DNA of 64,000 nt from Anaerolineales bacterium. GTDB lineage: Bacteria > Chloroflexota > Anaerolineae > Anaerolineales > UBA11579. The notes under the pieces were generated by a model that was given only the letters and a program-made list of their open reading frames with translations, did not search any database and had not been told where the DNA came from. This document shows positions 62,675-64,000 of the stretch, in pieces (the stretch's first letter is position 1; each line of letters starts with the position of its first letter). The stretch lies in assembly GCA_035291465.1 (NCBI GenBank), contig DATDRZ010000129.1, positions 34,656-98,655 of the forward strand, given 5' to 3'. Made by a program: the position numbers and the translations under genes.

Positions 62675-63547
62675 TTAGATCTCCACGCCCAGGGCGGAGC
62701 GAATGAAATAACCCAGAACAAAACTCAATGCAGCCACCCCCAGACTGAGGAGCACCATTTCGAAAAACCTTTCTCGAAAGGGCTGATCTTTCGCCACGGA
62801 AACGTAATAATTGAACGCCGCGATGATCACTACCGCAGCCACCAGCGCCAAAAGCAAGCATAGGTAGTAATTTTCCAAAACCAAATAGGGCAGGATCAGA
62901 ATCATTACCGTGAAGATATAAGCGACCCCGGTGTAGAAGGCAGCCTTGAGCGGATCTTTGCCGGTTTCTTCCGATCGCGTGGACAGGTATTCCGATGTGG
63001 CCATAGAAAGCGCCGCGGCGATCCCGGTAATCAGCCCGCTCAATGCGATCAGTCGCGTGTTTTGAAAGGCCAGAGTCAAACCGGCCAGCGCGCCGGTCAA
63101 TTCCACCAAGGCGTCGTTCAAACCCAGCACCACCGAACCGGCGTACTGCAGGCTTTCCTCATCCAGGAGGCGGATCAAGGCTTGCTCGTGTGAATTTTCG
63201 TCAGCGATGAATGAATCGATCTCTTCGATCCTCCCCTTGAGTTCCGCGTAATGTGCCTGGGCGTCGACCTCACCGCGCTCCATCAATTTGATGCCGAAGG
63301 TCAACCCAAGTAAGCGGCTGACGAGCACGAAGAAGCGCACTTTGAACGGATCAGGAGACACATCCTGGCCGGTGTATTTCTTCCAGAGCTTATAGTGCTT
63401 GAGTTCGTCCGCGGCGATCCTATTCAACACCTCGCGGTTCTGCGCGGATTTGATGGAACCGGCCAGCCGTTCGTAGATGTGATGTTCAGTGATCTCATTT
63501 CGCTGAAACTGCCGTAACTGATCCCTTAGTTCAGAGGAAAGTTCCAT
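62675..63547 (-). CDS. Ferritin-like (erythrin) domain fused to a VIT1/CCC1 iron transporter
   Basis: N-terminal EITEHHIYERLA...ELKHY diiron-like motifs, with C-terminal VIT1 TM helices. Confidence 0.85.
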   Translation of the reverse strand: MELSSELRDQLRQFQRNEITEHHIYERLAGSIKSAQNREVLNRIAADELKHYKLWKKYTGQDVSPDPFKVRFFVLVSRLLGLTFGIKLMERGEVDAQAHYAELKGRIEEIDSFIADENSHEQALIRLLDEESLQYAGSVVLGLNDALVELTGALAGLTLAFQNTRLIALSGLITGIAAALSMATSEYLSTRSEETGKDPLKAAFYTGVAYIFTVMILILPYLVLENYYLCLLLALVAAVVIIAAFNYYVSVAKDQPFRERFFEMVLLSLGVAALSFVLGYFIRSALGVEI

Positions 63548-63582
63548 AACCCGTTCCCTTCAGATCGTTGTGAACTGAGATT

Positions 63583-63663
63583 GCGTTGTCACCGTTGTCG
63601 GTGTTGTCAGCATTGTCAATGTTGTCATTGTTGTCAGTGTCCTCACTATTGCCAGTATTGTGG
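63583..63663. repeat. Nonamer tandem array (NNGTTGTCA x about 9) upstream of the VIT gene
   Basis: gcgttgtca ccgttgtcg gtgttgtca gcattgtca atgttgtca ttgttgtca gtgtcctca ctattgcca gtattgtgg. Confidence 0.85.
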
Positions 63664-63749
63664 GCGTGTGCGGCGCGGAGCATCGGCGTCTTCGCTCCCA
63701 CTGGGAGCGCGGGAGGGGAATTCGCTCCTATGACTGGGCCATGGGTGTC

Positions 63750-63839
63750 GGGACTCGCGGGACTGGCGAGATAAGTGGGATTCGCGGGACATTGTTGTCG
63801 ATGTTGTAGGTCGTGTAGGTTGTGTCGATGATGTAACTG
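63750..63839. repeat. Second 9-bp-phased array (GGGAYTSGC units, then TTGTMGRTS units)
   Basis: gggactcgc gggactggc gagataagt gggattcgc gggacattg ttgtcgatg ttgtaggtc gtgtaggtt gtgtcgatg atgtaactg. Confidence 0.75.
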
Positions 63840-64000
63840 GTTTAGGGTATTGTGTGCCGCCGTCTGAATTGCGTAACTGAAAACCGCGAACCGTTTGCGT
63901 AATGGTTACTAGGGTGTGGGCAGGCAGCATGATTTCCTTCCCTGGCTGCTATATATACACCGTTTTGCGCGAAATAGGTGATTATGCATGGCTTTGTCAA

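Noticed and set aside
63583-63839. CRISPR array.
   Set aside because: The repeat unit is only 9 bp with no spacers of 25-40 bp, and there are no cas genes. These are simple tandem arrays.
1-64000. Prophage, genomic island or defence system (HNH endonuclease, RadC, M23 hydrolase and RtcB considered together).
   Set aside because: The genes are scattered among housekeeping operons. There is no integrase, transposase, tRNA target, restriction-modification partner, toxin-antitoxin pair or phage structural gene. RtcB is paired with archease, as in ordinary RNA-repair loci.
63984-64000. Possible gene start (ATG 63984 or 63988 after GGTGA) at the window edge.
   Set aside because: Only 4-5 codons are visible, so it cannot be evaluated.

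Overview
This is a densely coding 64-kb chromosomal segment with about 60 protein genes. I found no rRNA, tRNA, CRISPR array, transposase or integrase. The content is mostly housekeeping.

Main gene content, in order:
- CapD-like, FemAB-like and DcyD-like cell-envelope genes.
- A yqeY / HD-7TM / ybeY / dgkA / UDG string on the minus strand.
- Acyl-CoA dehydrogenase with etfBA.
- RtcB with archease.
- An FhaA-like / FhaB-like / mtnP / RodA::PbpA cell-wall cluster.
- tyrS, an HNH endonuclease and tatA.
- A polar amino-acid ABC transporter and an Opp/Dpp-type peptide ABC transporter.
- A 1416-aa secreted beta-helix repeat protein.
- An ECF sigma / ZAS anti-sigma membrane operon.
- uvrC, cinA-C, ybaK, uvrB and secG.
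- An orphan family-5 substrate-binding protein, a TPR-Slt lytic transglycosylase, radC and an M23 peptidase.
- acyP, a HEAT-repeat protein and rseP.
- An orphan GHMP mevalonate-pathway decarboxylase, a short DnaE-type polymerase and a ferritin-like/VIT1 iron transporter.

Taxonomy is inference only. The Fha-RodA-PbpA synteny, lipobox-anchored SBPs, frequent leaderless starts, the orphan mevalonate decarboxylase and DUF4173 suggest a Terrabacteria genome, most plausibly Chloroflexota (Anaerolineae-like).

Most interesting observations:
1. A natural RodA/FtsW (SEDS)-PbpA fusion whose transpeptidase motifs are degenerate: SxxK is SALG, SxN is GCP, and KTG is LTG.
2. A leaderless 13-codon uORF with tandem Tyr codons, followed by an intrinsic terminator, in the tyrS leader.
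3. GAAC-N4-GTTC SOS-type boxes on the promoters of a short DnaE2-like polymerase and of uvrB.
4. A recurrent promoter architecture with a -10 box 6-9 nt from the start codon, implying leaderless mRNAs.
5. A dispersed palindromic repeat family (AACCTTGCGAAGG...CCTTCGCAAGGTT) sitting in promoter and leader regions.
6. A giant beta-helix protein preceded by 680 bp of structured non-coding DNA.
7. 7-bp and 9-bp tandem arrays in intergenic regions.

All calls come from reading the sequence and ORF translations by eye. No database search was run.
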